From Clostridia bacterium (GTDB lineage: Bacteria > Bacillota > Clostridia > TANB77 > CAG-508), in the NCBI GenBank assembly GCA_022794055.1, contig JAAWEA010000044.1, positions 19,006-83,005 on the forward strand: a stretch of DNA of 64,000 nt, read 5' to 3'. Position 1 is the first letter of the stretch, and each line of letters opens with the position of its first letter. Below, one piece after another: positions 28,749-38,530 of the stretch. The position numbers were made by a program, and so were the translations under genes. Under the pieces are notes generated by a model, which searched no databases, was not told the origin of the DNA, and saw only the letters and a program-made list of their open reading frames with translations.

Positions 28749-29033
28749 ATGAAAAAAAAGAAAAATACATTATCAAAAATCGATAGACTTTTAGAAATGC
28801 CACAAGAGGTATATTCAGATACTCCTAAATTGACAATTACAGGGTTTAATGAAATGGTGATAGAAAATTTTAAAGGAATATTAGAATATGAAGACTATTA
28901 TATTAGAATAAATACTTCTTTGGGCTTGGTAAATATAAATGGATATGAATTAAAATTAGAAAATATGACAAATGATGATATAAGAGTAACTGGAAAGATA
29001 GAGAGTATTGATATTGAAAGAAAGTTTGATTGA
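28749..29033 (+). CDS. yqfC: sporulation protein YqfC (YabP/YqfC family)
   Basis: 94 aa, ...LTITGFNEMVIENFKGILEYEDYYIRINTSLGLVNINGYELKLENM... Synteny with yqfD. Confidence 0.7.
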   Translation: MKKKKNTLSKIDRLLEMPQEVYSDTPKLTITGFNEMVIENFKGILEYEDYYIRINTSLGLVNINGYELKLENMTNDDIRVTGKIESIDIERKFD

Positions 29034-29092
29034 AAATAATTAATTTTTTACATTGCCAAAATTCTAATTTGATGAAAGGAGTGAAATTAAAT

Positions 29093-30277
29093 ATGATAAT
29101 TAAGATTCTTTTAAATTATATAATTGGATATATAAGAATATCGATAGAAGGATATTATATAGAAAGATTTATCAATATAAGTAGAAACAATAAAATAACA
29201 ATATGGAATTTAAGAAGAGATAAGAATGTAAAACTAGAATTAAATGTTGGAATAAAAGATTTAAAAAAGGTTGCAAAAATTGCTAAACAAACACAATGTA
29301 AACTTAAAATTATAAAGAAAAGAGGAATACCTTTTATTTTTAATAAATACAAAAAAAGGAAGATTTTCTTAGCATTTTTAATTTTACTTATGCTGTTACT
29401 CGGAATTTCATCAAACTTTATATGGAATATAGAAATTATAGAAGAAAATGAAGAGATAGTTCAAGAGTTAGAAAAAGATATTCAAGAAGCAGGATTGACT
29501 ATTGGAAAGTTGAAATCAAAAGTAAATACAAAAGAAATTATAAATAAGGTAAGGTTACAAAGAGAAGATATAGCGTGGATGGGAATTGAACTTAAAGGAA
29601 CAAATGTAATAGTAAAAGTAGTAAAATCTACTTCAAAACCAGAAATTATAGATGAAGAAGATTACTGTAGTATTGTTTCAGATAAACAAGGGATTATAAC
29701 AAAAATTAACGCACAAAATGGAACAATAGTAGCAAAAGTAGGAGACACAGTAAATGTTGGAACAACATTAATAAATGGATGGATGGAAGGAAAATACACA
29801 GGAATTAGATATGTACATGCAAAAGGTGAAATTCAAGCAAAAGTATGGTATTCTGAAAGTATGACTATTCCTTATGAAGCTACGGAAAGAAGTGAAACAG
29901 GAAAGATTGAAAATAAATATAAGATAAAATTTAACAATTTTGAAATAAATTTTTCAAAAAGACTTTCAAAATTTGAAATTTATGATACAATATATTCAGA
30001 AAATAAATTTAAAATATTTCAAGACTTTTATTTACCTATTTCCCTAGTAAAAACAACTAATAAGGAAATTATAGAAGAAACAAAAAAATATACACCAGAA
30101 GAAGCGATGAATATAGGGATACAAAAATTACAGGAAAAATTGGATGACCAAATAGAAGATAAAGAAAAAATAGTAAATAAAATTATCAATAAAGAGGAAA
30201 AAGAAGAAGGAATAGAAATTAATGTGATTTATGAAGTACTTGAAAACATTGGCACAAATGAGAAGATTGTATTTTAA
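29093..30277 (+). CDS. yqfD: stage IV sporulation protein YqfD
   Basis: ATG at 29093 after AAAGGAGTG. About 395 aa with a central TM segment. Its position is that of yqfD in the yqfC-yqfD-ybeY cluster. Confidence 0.65.
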   Translation: MIIKILLNYIIGYIRISIEGYYIERFINISRNNKITIWNLRRDKNVKLELNVGIKDLKKVAKIAKQTQCKLKIIKKRGIPFIFNKYKKRKIFLAFLILLMLLLGISSNFIWNIEIIEENEEIVQELEKDIQEAGLTIGKLKSKVNTKEIINKVRLQREDIAWMGIELKGTNVIVKVVKSTSKPEIIDEEDYCSIVSDKQGIITKINAQNGTIVAKVGDTVNVGTTLINGWMEGKYTGIRYVHAKGEIQAKVWYSESMTIPYEATERSETGKIENKYKIKFNNFEINFSKRLSKFEIYDTIYSENKFKIFQDFYLPISLVKTTNKEIIEETKKYTPEEAMNIGIQKLQEKLDDQIEDKEKIVNKIINKEEKEEGIEINVIYEVLENIGTNEKIVF

Positions 30278-30302
30278 TTATTTATAAAGAACAAATGAAA
30301 GG

Positions 30303-31532
30303 ATGAATTTAATGGAAGAAAAAAGTTTAAGAATAACAGGAGCAAATACAAATTTTTTTAATAAAATAACAAAGACAATAACAAAAATATTGATTCCTAC
30401 AAAAATAGGAATCAATGGAATGAAAATTACAATAAAAAGAAATAGCCTATTAAAAGCTTATGAAAATTATCAAAATGATACAGAAAATTATAATAGTGAA
30501 GAACTAGAAAAAAAATATGATGAAGCATATACAGTTTATTTAGAAACGTTAGATAAATATGTTATGGACTCTATATATAACAAAGTAAAAAACAATACTG
30601 CATCTGAATTTGAAAGAGATGCTTTATCAAGATATTATGAAGTAACAAGCTTAAAAGAAAAAGAATATATGGACTATAAATATAGAAAGCAAAAATATCT
30701 AATAGAATTAGACAAAGAAAATATAGAAAATATAGCAAAAGAAAAAGTACAAGAAAGATATAACAAGTTTTATATAGACAAAATGGACTCACTATATAAA
30801 TCAATATTAAAGAATTATTCAATTAAGTTAGCTGATACAACAAATATATATGATTCAACAAAAGAATGGGTATATGTTAAAATTTTCTATACATTAGAAG
30901 AATATATACAAAATATATTATCATTAAAAATAAGAATAGGAAATAATGAAGAATTTAAAGAAATTCTAAATGATTACAATAAATTTGAAACATTCACTGT
31001 TGGAAAATTAGATACAAGGGATAATATAGAAAAAAATATGATTTTATTAGGAATTAGTAGAAAATTATTTACACATAGTATACCTTTAATTGTTGCAGAG
31101 CAATGTTATGAAAAACTATTAAAAGATGCTAGAACTTTAGTACAAGATACTAAAATGGCTACAAAAAGAGAAAAAGCTTATAGTATGCTAATGAATCTAA
31201 TAGAAGATTACCATGTAAGACTATTATCAACTAAAGTATATTGGGAAAGCATGAATGAAAGAGATTATTATAAAAAAATTTGGGACAAGTATAAAGAAAT
31301 TTCAAAATTAAAAGAAGTAAATTTTGAAGAATACATTAAACAAAAGGAAATTTTATTTATAAGAAATGATATTAGAAAAATAAAAAATGATAAAATGGAT
31401 TATTCTAAAATAATTACTTATTATAGAAGAAAGCTAATAGACTATGGAGTAATACGTGAATTAAAAGATAATTATAAATCGTTAGGAAAATATAGAGGAA
31501 ATATAAAAAAAGAAGATAAGGTGGTAGCATAA
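30303..31532 (+). CDS. hypothetical Lys/Glu-rich protein (occupies the slot usually held by phoH)
   Basis: 409-aa ORF with no P-loop and no recognisable motif. Confidence 0.35.
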   Translation: MNLMEEKSLRITGANTNFFNKITKTITKILIPTKIGINGMKITIKRNSLLKAYENYQNDTENYNSEELEKKYDEAYTVYLETLDKYVMDSIYNKVKNNTASEFERDALSRYYEVTSLKEKEYMDYKYRKQKYLIELDKENIENIAKEKVQERYNKFYIDKMDSLYKSILKNYSIKLADTTNIYDSTKEWVYVKIFYTLEEYIQNILSLKIRIGNNEEFKEILNDYNKFETFTVGKLDTRDNIEKNMILLGISRKLFTHSIPLIVAEQCYEKLLKDARTLVQDTKMATKREKAYSMLMNLIEDYHVRLLSTKVYWESMNERDYYKKIWDKYKEISKLKEVNFEEYIKQKEILFIRNDIRKIKNDKMDYSKIITYYRRKLIDYGVIRELKDNYKSLGKYRGNIKKEDKVVA

Positions 31533-32005
31533 TGTATGAGATTACATATCTAAATATAGAAGAAAACAAGAAGTTTGAAGATACCATCGAAAAAGTAGTT
31601 AAAAAATGTTTTGAAGAAGAAGGCTTAACTAATTCAAATCTCATTATGACTATTACATTAACAACACCAGAAGAAATAAGAAGAATTAATTTTAAATATA
31701 GAAATATAGATAAAGAAACAGATGTATTATCTTTTCCAATGTTTGAAAAGGAAGAATTAAATAAAAAGATAAAAAATAAAGATTTTACTTATGAAGATGT
31801 ATTAGGGGATATAATTATTTCAATAGAAAGAGTAAAAAAACAGGCAGAAGAATATCAACATAGCTTTGAGAGAGAATTAAGTTATATGGTAGTACATGGC
31901 TTTTATCACCTAATGGGATATGATCATATAAAAGAAGAAGACAAAAAGTTAATGAGACCTAAGGAAGAAAAAATTTTAGATGATTTAAAAATTACTAGAG
32001 ATTAG
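31532..32005 (+). CDS. ybeY: rRNA maturation RNase YbeY
   Basis: HGFYHLMGYDH is the zinc-binding H3xH5xH motif. 157 aa. Confidence 0.9.
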   Translation: MYEITYLNIEENKKFEDTIEKVVKKCFEEEGLTNSNLIMTITLTTPEEIRRINFKYRNIDKETDVLSFPMFEKEELNKKIKNKDFTYEDVLGDIIISIERVKKQAEEYQHSFERELSYMVVHGFYHLMGYDHIKEEDKKLMRPKEEKILDDLKITRD

Positions 32006-32108
32006 GGAAAGTTGGTTGAAAAATAATTGACATTTGTAACAGTAGCAATTTTAATTTAATTATTTTAAACCATATATGAGTATGTGCTAAATAGGAAAGA
32101 GGTTAAAA

Positions 32109-33167
32109 ATGAAGGGAAAACAAACCAGAATTTTAATTATAATTCTAATTATTATTATATTAGTAGCAGGTGTGGTTATGGCATATAAAATAATAAAAGA
32201 TAAGAATAGCAAAACTCAAGAAGTTTCAGAAAATCAAAATGAAGAAATATCAACAGCAGTGCAAGAGGAAAAAACTATACAAATATTTAAAGGCGAAGAT
32301 AGACCAATTGCAGTTATGATAGATAATCATAGTGGAGCATGGCCACAAGCAGCTTTAAATGATACTTATGTAGTATATGAAATAGTAGTTGAAGGTGGAG
32401 AAACTAGACTAATGGCTTTATTTAAAGGCGCTAATGTAGATAAGATAGGACCTATTAGAAGCTCAAGACACTATTTCCTAGATTATGCAATGGAAAATGA
32501 TGCTATATATACACATTTTGGTTGGAGTCCACAAGCACAAAAAGACATAAGAGAATTCAAGATAAATAATATAAATGGGATAACAGAAAGTGAAGAGACA
32601 TTTTGGAGAGTAAAAGATAAGAGTTCTCCACATAATGCAGTATCAAGTACAGAAGAATTACTAAAAGTTGCAAAAGAAAGAGGATATAAAACAACGTCAA
32701 CTAAAAAAAGTGTATTAAATTATGTTGTAGATGATGTTAATTTAGAAGCTGGGCAAGAAGCACAAAAAGTTACAATACCATTTTCAACACTTCAAAAAGT
32801 CAGCTATGAATATGATAAAGAAAATCAAGTATATAAGAGATATGCAAGAAATAAAGCTCAAACAGATTGGGATACAGGAGAACCAATTACAACAAAGAAT
32901 ATAATTATAACATTTTGTAATAATTATACTTTAAAAGATGCAGAAAATAAAGGGAGACAAGGGTTAACTAATATTGGAACATTTAATGGATATTATATAA
33001 CAAATGGAAAAGCAATAAAAATTAAATGTATAAAACAGGCAAGAAATTTACAAACAAAATATGTTGACTTAGAAGGAAATGAAATAAATGTAAATGATGG
33101 AAATACTTGGATTAGTATATGTCCAATAAATGCTAAGGTGCAGATAGAAGGAATCGAAGAACAATAA
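32109..33167 (+). CDS. DUF3048-domain protein (YerB-like, N-terminal membrane anchor)
   Basis: N-terminal TM segment, then ...DRPIAVMIDNHSGAWPQAALNDTYVVYEIVVEGGETRLMALF..., the DUF3048 conserved core. Confidence 0.55.
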   Translation: MKGKQTRILIIILIIIILVAGVVMAYKIIKDKNSKTQEVSENQNEEISTAVQEEKTIQIFKGEDRPIAVMIDNHSGAWPQAALNDTYVVYEIVVEGGETRLMALFKGANVDKIGPIRSSRHYFLDYAMENDAIYTHFGWSPQAQKDIREFKINNINGITESEETFWRVKDKSSPHNAVSSTEELLKVAKERGYKTTSTKKSVLNYVVDDVNLEAGQEAQKVTIPFSTLQKVSYEYDKENQVYKRYARNKAQTDWDTGEPITTKNIIITFCNNYTLKDAENKGRQGLTNIGTFNGYYITNGKAIKIKCIKQARNLQTKYVDLEGNEINVNDGNTWISICPINAKVQIEGIEEQ

Positions 33168-33245
33168 AATATGTAATTTACTGAGACTTTAAGCTTTAAT
33201 TGTTACAGTCTTAGTATGCCTATTTTATATTTAGGAGGAAAATAG

Positions 33246-33581
33246 ATGAATGTATATGATACAGCAAATAAATTAGCACAAGAAATAAAAGCTTCAGAAG
33301 AATATGTTAATTATAAAATGGCAAAAGAAACATTAAGTTTAAAACCTGAATTGAAAAAGAAAATACAAGAGTTTGAACAAGCAAGATATGAAGCGCAATT
33401 AATAGCTATGCAAACAGGTAAAAGCGATGAAGAAAAAACAAAGAAGATGCAACAACTTTATATTGAGCTAATAGAAAATGATGAAGCAAAAAAATTTTTT
33501 GAAACAGAAACAAAATTTAATATTGTTTTAGCAGATGTAAATAAGATAATTGGTGATGCAGTAAAAGATGTTTTACAATAA
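33246..33581 (+). CDS. YlbF/YmcA/YheA-family (UPF0342) regulatory protein
   Basis: 111-aa helical protein: ...YDTANKLAQEIKASEEYVNYKMAKETL...KKIQEFEQ... Confidence 0.5.
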   Translation: MNVYDTANKLAQEIKASEEYVNYKMAKETLSLKPELKKKIQEFEQARYEAQLIAMQTGKSDEEKTKKMQQLYIELIENDEAKKFFETETKFNIVLADVNKIIGDAVKDVLQ

Positions 33582-33611
33582 AAAAAGAAAACTCTTTACA
33601 TAGGAGAAAGT

Positions 33612-34301
33612 ATGGAATTTATAGCTTTAATATTTTTTTTGATAATAATATGTTTAATTACAAGATGTGTTTTTGATGTTAATTTAAAAAAATTAAAACA
33701 ATTAGCAGAAAATAAAGAATTAGATGAAATAGTAGAAAAATATCCTAAAAACATAGAGATTTGCAAAGAATATCTTAAAAAGTTAAAAAATGAAGATGTA
33801 AAAATTGAAGAAGATAAAAATTCAAATAGTACACTATATTTAGTAATGAGTAATAAAATATTTATTGCGAATTTAAAAAATAATTACACAAGAATACAGA
33901 CAATAGCACATGAATGCCTACATTCAATACAAAGTAAAAAAATGTTATGGTTTAATTTTATATTTTCTAATGTATATATTTTATATTTTTTAGTTATTTG
34001 TATTTTTGCGATTTTTAAGATGTTACCATTTAAAATGCTATTTTTATCCATATTTTTGATTTTAGGAATGGTATATTATGCAGTTAGAATTTATCTTGAA
34101 AATGATGCAATGATAAAAGCAAGATTTTTAGCTAAAGAATATATGAATGAAAAAAATATTTCTTCACAAGAGGAAATAGATAAAGTCATACAAAAATATG
34201 ATGAGGTAAATGATGTTGGAATAAAGGCAACTAATTATCAGATTTTTCAAAATATAGTAATGAAAACAATAATTTTGCTGATTGTATTTATAATTAGATA
34301 A
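33612..34301 (+). CDS. membrane protein with HExxH motif (putative zinc metallopeptidase-like)
   Basis: IAHECLHSIQ plus 3 or 4 TM segments. Confidence 0.35.
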   Translation: MEFIALIFFLIIICLITRCVFDVNLKKLKQLAENKELDEIVEKYPKNIEICKEYLKKLKNEDVKIEEDKNSNSTLYLVMSNKIFIANLKNNYTRIQTIAHECLHSIQSKKMLWFNFIFSNVYILYFLVICIFAIFKMLPFKMLFLSIFLILGMVYYAVRIYLENDAMIKARFLAKEYMNEKNISSQEEIDKVIQKYDEVNDVGIKATNYQIFQNIVMKTIILLIVFIIR

Positions 34302-34373
34302 AAAACGAAACAAGCCTATTGCAATCATAAAATAAATATGGTAAAATAGGCAAGTAAAGTAGGAGGAATAAAA

Positions 34374-34622
34374 ATGGAAATAGTAAGAACAATTATAACA
34401 ATTATATATTTTTTAATAGCTTTTGCAGTTATCATAATAGCTTTAACAACTTCTAAAGATGATGCTGCTTTATCTTCAACAATAACAGGATCTTCAACTA
34501 ATAATTTTTATGAGAAAAATAAAGGCAAAACAAGAGAAGGAAAACAAAAAAGATTGATGATAACATTATCTATTATTTTTGCCATATTAACAGTAGCTTT
34601 AGGAATTTTATATTTAGCATAA
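34374..34622 (+). CDS. secG: preprotein translocase subunit SecG
   Basis: 82 aa: TM helix, then SKDDAALSSTITGSSTNNFYEKNKGKTREGKQKRLMITLSIIFAILTVALGILYL, then a second TM helix. This is the SecG pattern (GKSAGLSGAISGG...LFGK.K.RG.D..L.R.T). rnr lies downstream as in B. subtilis. Confidence 0.6.
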   Translation: MEIVRTIITIIYFLIAFAVIIIALTTSKDDAALSSTITGSSTNNFYEKNKGKTREGKQKRLMITLSIIFAILTVALGILYLA

Positions 34623-34626
34623 TAAA

Positions 34627-34653
34627 AAAGAAAGTAGAACTACTTTCTTTTTT
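34627..34653. terminator. bidirectional rho-independent terminator
   Basis: AAAAAAGAAAGTAGAACTACTTTCTTTTTTAT. Confidence 0.5.
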
Positions 34654-34690
34654 ATATTATAGATTTTATTTATCAACTAATTATGAGTTT

Positions 34691-35791
34691 TTAATTATTT
34701 ATAACTTTTTTTGTTGCTTCAATTTTTATATTAGTATATTTAACTACGTCTTTTATTACTAATTTTTGAATTGCTGATATTAGTAATTCAATTGTAGTAT
34801 AATCAATTTCATTATCTATCACAGGAACAGCTAATAATTGATTATTTATGACATTTTCGTTAAAGCTCGATGCTCCCCAGCTAAATGTTTTAAATGATTT
34901 TGCCATACTTGTAATAAAATATAATGCTCTTTTTTTATTAAAATTATCATTTTTACTACATAAAACTTTTATTTTATCACCTGTAAAATAAGAGTTTTCT
35001 TGATAGAACATTGTTGCAGTATCTTGTCCAAATGAAATTGTATTACCAGGATTTAAAAATTGTTCATCTTGGTTAATATATCCCTTTATACCATTATTTA
35101 ATGCTGTTCTAACAACATATGGATGTCCTATATTTTCAGTTATATTTACTTTATTAGCATCAAATCTTTTTTTGGAAGAATTGACATAAAATAAATCATT
35201 GATTTTAAATTCATCTAAATACATAGTTTCAAAATTATTTAAAATATTATTTTCTTCTTCTGTTAATTCATAGTTTTTTAAACCAGTAACATTCAAATAT
35301 TTTTCTAGTTCAGTGACACGCTGAATTTCTAACTCGGCGACATGTTGAGTTTCTAACTTGGCAACAAAGTTCTCTATAAATTCAAAATCAATTTTTCCTT
35401 TTTTCATTGGAATTTTAACTTCATAATTTTTTATATCTTCTAATTTATATCCTCCCTGTTGTCCATCATATAATGACACAAATTTTTTAATTAAAGTTAC
35501 AAAATAATAAGCAATTTGTTTATTCCATTTTTCTATTGTGGACTTTGGTGTTAGTTTATTTATATTTTGTGAGCAATAATATTCTTCTTCCTGATATTTA
35601 ACATACTTATAATTACCAATTACTGTTGCTGTAATTGTATTGGGTTCATTTGGTGGAAAGTTTCTTCTATCAATTTTTCCTTGTATTCCATTATTTGAAA
35701 AAGTTCGCCCAACAAAATTAATTCCATTTTTCACAAATGTTATTGCATTACTATCTAGTGATTTCGTTCCAACAATTTCAAATAAATCCAT
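34691..35791 (-). CDS. restriction-modification specificity (S/HsdS-like, BcgIB-like) subunit
   Basis: 366 aa with two target-recognition-like halves separated by a conserved coiled-coil spacer (LEIQRVTELEKYLNVTGLKNYELTEEEN). It lies immediately downstream of the nuclease-methyltransferase gene. Confidence 0.65.
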   Translation of the reverse strand: MDLFEIVGTKSLDSNAITFVKNGINFVGRTFSNNGIQGKIDRRNFPPNEPNTITATVIGNYKYVKYQEEEYYCSQNINKLTPKSTIEKWNKQIAYYFVTLIKKFVSLYDGQQGGYKLEDIKNYEVKIPMKKGKIDFEFIENFVAKLETQHVAELEIQRVTELEKYLNVTGLKNYELTEEENNILNNFETMYLDEFKINDLFYVNSSKKRFDANKVNITENIGHPYVVRTALNNGIKGYINQDEQFLNPGNTISFGQDTATMFYQENSYFTGDKIKVLCSKNDNFNKKRALYFITSMAKSFKTFSWGASSFNENVINNQLLAVPVIDNEIDYTTIELLISAIQKLVIKDVVKYTNIKIEATKKVINN

Positions 35792-35844
35792 CAGTCTATA
35801 TTCGCCCCACTCAACATTATTTAACTTTTCGTTAAGTGAGGCAT

Positions 35845-37893
35845 CTATTTTCCCAAGCGATTATCCTCATTACTCGAATTTTTTAATACATTAGTTACTT
35901 CCCAATCTAAATATTCACGTACAGTTTTTTTAAAATCTTCTAATGTAGGTTTTGTATCAACTGGGGCAGTCTGATTCCAATCTGCTCCATTTTCTGGATC
36001 AATAGTACCTTCATAATATTCTTGTTCAGTCAAATAATTTAATTTTGATTTTCCAAATCTTACTAAATCAACTACTTCTTCATATCTTTCTTTAGCATTA
36101 TTTGTATCTTTCAAGTTGTTACTTGCTTTCTTTCTATTTGTACGTGTATATCCATCATTTGAAAAATCTATAAATTTAACAGGATCATCCTTTTGATGTG
36201 CTTCTCCAACTCTAAAAACATATATACTTGTCTGAACACTTGATTTTCCAACAAATAAGTCTATTGGCATTTTTATACTTGCTAAAAGAGAACTATGTTT
36301 TAATATTTTTTTATTGTATTCTGTTGCTTTTCCAGAACCTGCTGAATTTTGAATAATTATTGCAGCATAACCTTTATCCATCATTGATAAAGCTTTTTCA
36401 ACAAATATCATTCCATTTCCTTGTGCAGAATATGGGGGATTTAATACAAATGCTGTTGCTGGAAACTTTTCATTAGTATTGCCAAAACCATAGTTTCCAT
36501 TAAAGTCGATTAAGGAGTCTTTATTGATAATGTTAGAACTACCATCTCCCATTAAAATCATATTTAATATAGCTAACATATACACACTTGGTAAAATTTC
36601 AATCCCTAAAATTTGAGTTGCTTTTATTTTTGCTACTTTAAGTGATAATTCATCTGGAGACTTTATTTTATCTTTTGCATCTATTAACATTTCATTCATT
36701 GCTGCTACTAGTAAGCCTGCTGAACCAGTTGCAAAATCCCATACAAAAGAATCTTTATCTACTCTTGCAAGTTTTACAAGTAATGTTGCTATATAAGATG
36801 GAGTTAAAACAACATCATTTAATTTATCTTGAGTAAATCCAAGCCAATTATACATTTCATTAAATAATTTTCCTGTAAAATCTGTTGTTAAGCCAATTTT
36901 ATAATATATTCCCAAATCATCTATAATTTTAGAGAATACTCTTTTTAATTGACTTTCTCCATTTGTTACTTTGTTAATATTATCTGTTGTTAATGTATTT
37001 TTTAATGTTCTTATAATAAGTTCTTTTTTATCAATTGGTAATTGTTTTTTATTTAAAAAACTTTCTATCTTTCTTATAACAATATCACCATCTCTATAAC
37101 CTTCTTCTGTTGATGAGATTAAATCAGATTTTTCAAGAGGTTGTACTTCTCCTGGTATACCAATTGTAGCAATAATTGAAGCTGCTACTAGATAAACTCT
37201 GTCATTTTCTCCAAGTCCTTTTTCGTTTTGATAAATGTCATTATTAAGTTTTACTAAACTAGCATCAATTTCTTTTTCTCTTTTTTCCTTTAATTGTTCA
37301 AGTTCTTCTTGTGTTAAGTGCAAATTTCTAACTTTTTGTATAAATTCATCAAAGTTACTTTCTTTCAAGAAAGATAAATCTGTGTAGTCATCTACTTTTT
37401 GACCAATTCCCAAGTTGTCTTTTGAAACATAATATACTCCTATTTCAGGTATTACATTGTTATTATCATCTTTGTATCCAGTTACTCCAATAGATATAAT
37501 ATCAGTATAACTTGTATAATGAAGTAAAGCATTAGCATAGTGTACAGCACCATTTACAGCATAAGAATTAATATTTTTTAATATTGGCTCATTTTTATCT
37601 GTTCTATTATCAACTTGTCCATTACTATTTAGTTTTACTAATTTATCTTTATATCCTTTATATTCAATCAATATTGGATATTGTTTTAAAGTTGTTTTAT
37701 CTTGTAATAACAGTTTTACATCTGGACGATTTCCACCTTTTCCACCACTTTTTGAATAATATTCATTAAGGGCTGTATCTATTTCACTATTTAATGTTTC
37801 TTGTTCTAATTTATAATCTAACTTATATGACTTTAACCAACCATTTACTAAATCTGCGACCATTGGTTCTATTGATTGTACATGCTTTACCAT
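35845..37893 (-). CDS. Type IIB (BcgI-like) restriction-modification enzyme A subunit: N-terminal PD-(D/E)xK nuclease fused to gamma-class N6-adenine DNA methyltransferase
   Basis: Methyltransferase motif I is VWDFATGSAGLL and motif IV is VLNPPYS. The N-terminal region has a candidate PD...ExK (GGNRPDVKLLLQD...YPILIEYKGY). 682 aa. No HsdR is nearby. Confidence 0.7.
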   Translation of the reverse strand: MVKHVQSIEPMVADLVNGWLKSYKLDYKLEQETLNSEIDTALNEYYSKSGGKGGNRPDVKLLLQDKTTLKQYPILIEYKGYKDKLVKLNSNGQVDNRTDKNEPILKNINSYAVNGAVHYANALLHYTSYTDIISIGVTGYKDDNNNVIPEIGVYYVSKDNLGIGQKVDDYTDLSFLKESNFDEFIQKVRNLHLTQEELEQLKEKREKEIDASLVKLNNDIYQNEKGLGENDRVYLVAASIIATIGIPGEVQPLEKSDLISSTEEGYRDGDIVIRKIESFLNKKQLPIDKKELIIRTLKNTLTTDNINKVTNGESQLKRVFSKIIDDLGIYYKIGLTTDFTGKLFNEMYNWLGFTQDKLNDVVLTPSYIATLLVKLARVDKDSFVWDFATGSAGLLVAAMNEMLIDAKDKIKSPDELSLKVAKIKATQILGIEILPSVYMLAILNMILMGDGSSNIINKDSLIDFNGNYGFGNTNEKFPATAFVLNPPYSAQGNGMIFVEKALSMMDKGYAAIIIQNSAGSGKATEYNKKILKHSSLLASIKMPIDLFVGKSSVQTSIYVFRVGEAHQKDDPVKFIDFSNDGYTRTNRKKASNNLKDTNNAKERYEEVVDLVRFGKSKLNYLTEQEYYEGTIDPENGADWNQTAPVDTKPTLEDFKKTVREYLDWEVTNVLKNSSNEDNRLGK

Positions 37894-38093
37894 TTTTTAC
37901 CTCCATTATTTTATTTCTTTTCTTACATTATTATGATAATAACATAAATACTAATAATTTTCAATTTAAATAATATTTAAGTTCGGTTTGTATTTGCAAT
38001 TTTATGTAAAATTAGGTATACTTATATTTTGAAACATTGAAAAACCTTTTTTGTGGGCATAAGCCTAAAAAACTAATTAGGAGGAAGAAAGGT

Positions 38094-38366
38094 ATGAAAA
38101 GACGGATTTTACAGGCAATAACGACAATGAGTTTGTTGGTAGTTTTGGCAGTAGGTGCAAAAGCAGGTGAGATTAAAACACTTGAAAAAAGTAGAATTAA
38201 CTATACACTCTTCATGGGAAACTTGAAGCTGTATGATGAAGATGCAAAACATGTAATTTGGCGTATGAAATATGTAAAAGATATTGGAGAAACGCCACAA
38301 GGAGAGTTATTGATTCTCAAGGAAGATGGTAAATGCTATAAATTTTTAGGAAAATTCTATAATTAA
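38094..38366 (+). CDS. small secreted protein (signal peptide; hypothetical)
   Basis: ATG at 38094 after AGGAGGAAGAAAGG. Signal-peptide-like N-terminus MKRRILQAITTMSLLVVLAVGAKAGE. Confidence 0.35.
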   Translation: MKRRILQAITTMSLLVVLAVGAKAGEIKTLEKSRINYTLFMGNLKLYDEDAKHVIWRMKYVKDIGETPQGELLILKEDGKCYKFLGKFYN

Positions 38367-38382
38367 CAAGTAAACAACAGCT

Positions 38383-38412
38383 AAAAGTGCTCCCAGTGGG
38401 AGCGCTTTTGTT
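38383..38412 (+). terminator. rho-independent terminator (GC-rich)
   Basis: AAAGTGCTCCCAGTGGGAGCGCTTTTGTT. Confidence 0.5.
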
Positions 38413-38530
38413 ATGTTATAGGAAATATCAAAGATTTTTAATTATTCTCCTTTTGTTTTAGCATAAATAAAAATAATATTGTAGAATATAACTTTAAGTG
38501 GTATAATAAGAAAAACGAAAGGAAGAAAAA

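Noticed and set aside
34691-37893. Classical Type I R-M (HsdRMS)
   Set aside because: No HsdR helicase-nuclease gene is adjacent. The methyltransferase gene carries its own N-terminal PD-(D/E)xK-like domain, so a BcgI-like Type IIB reading is favoured.
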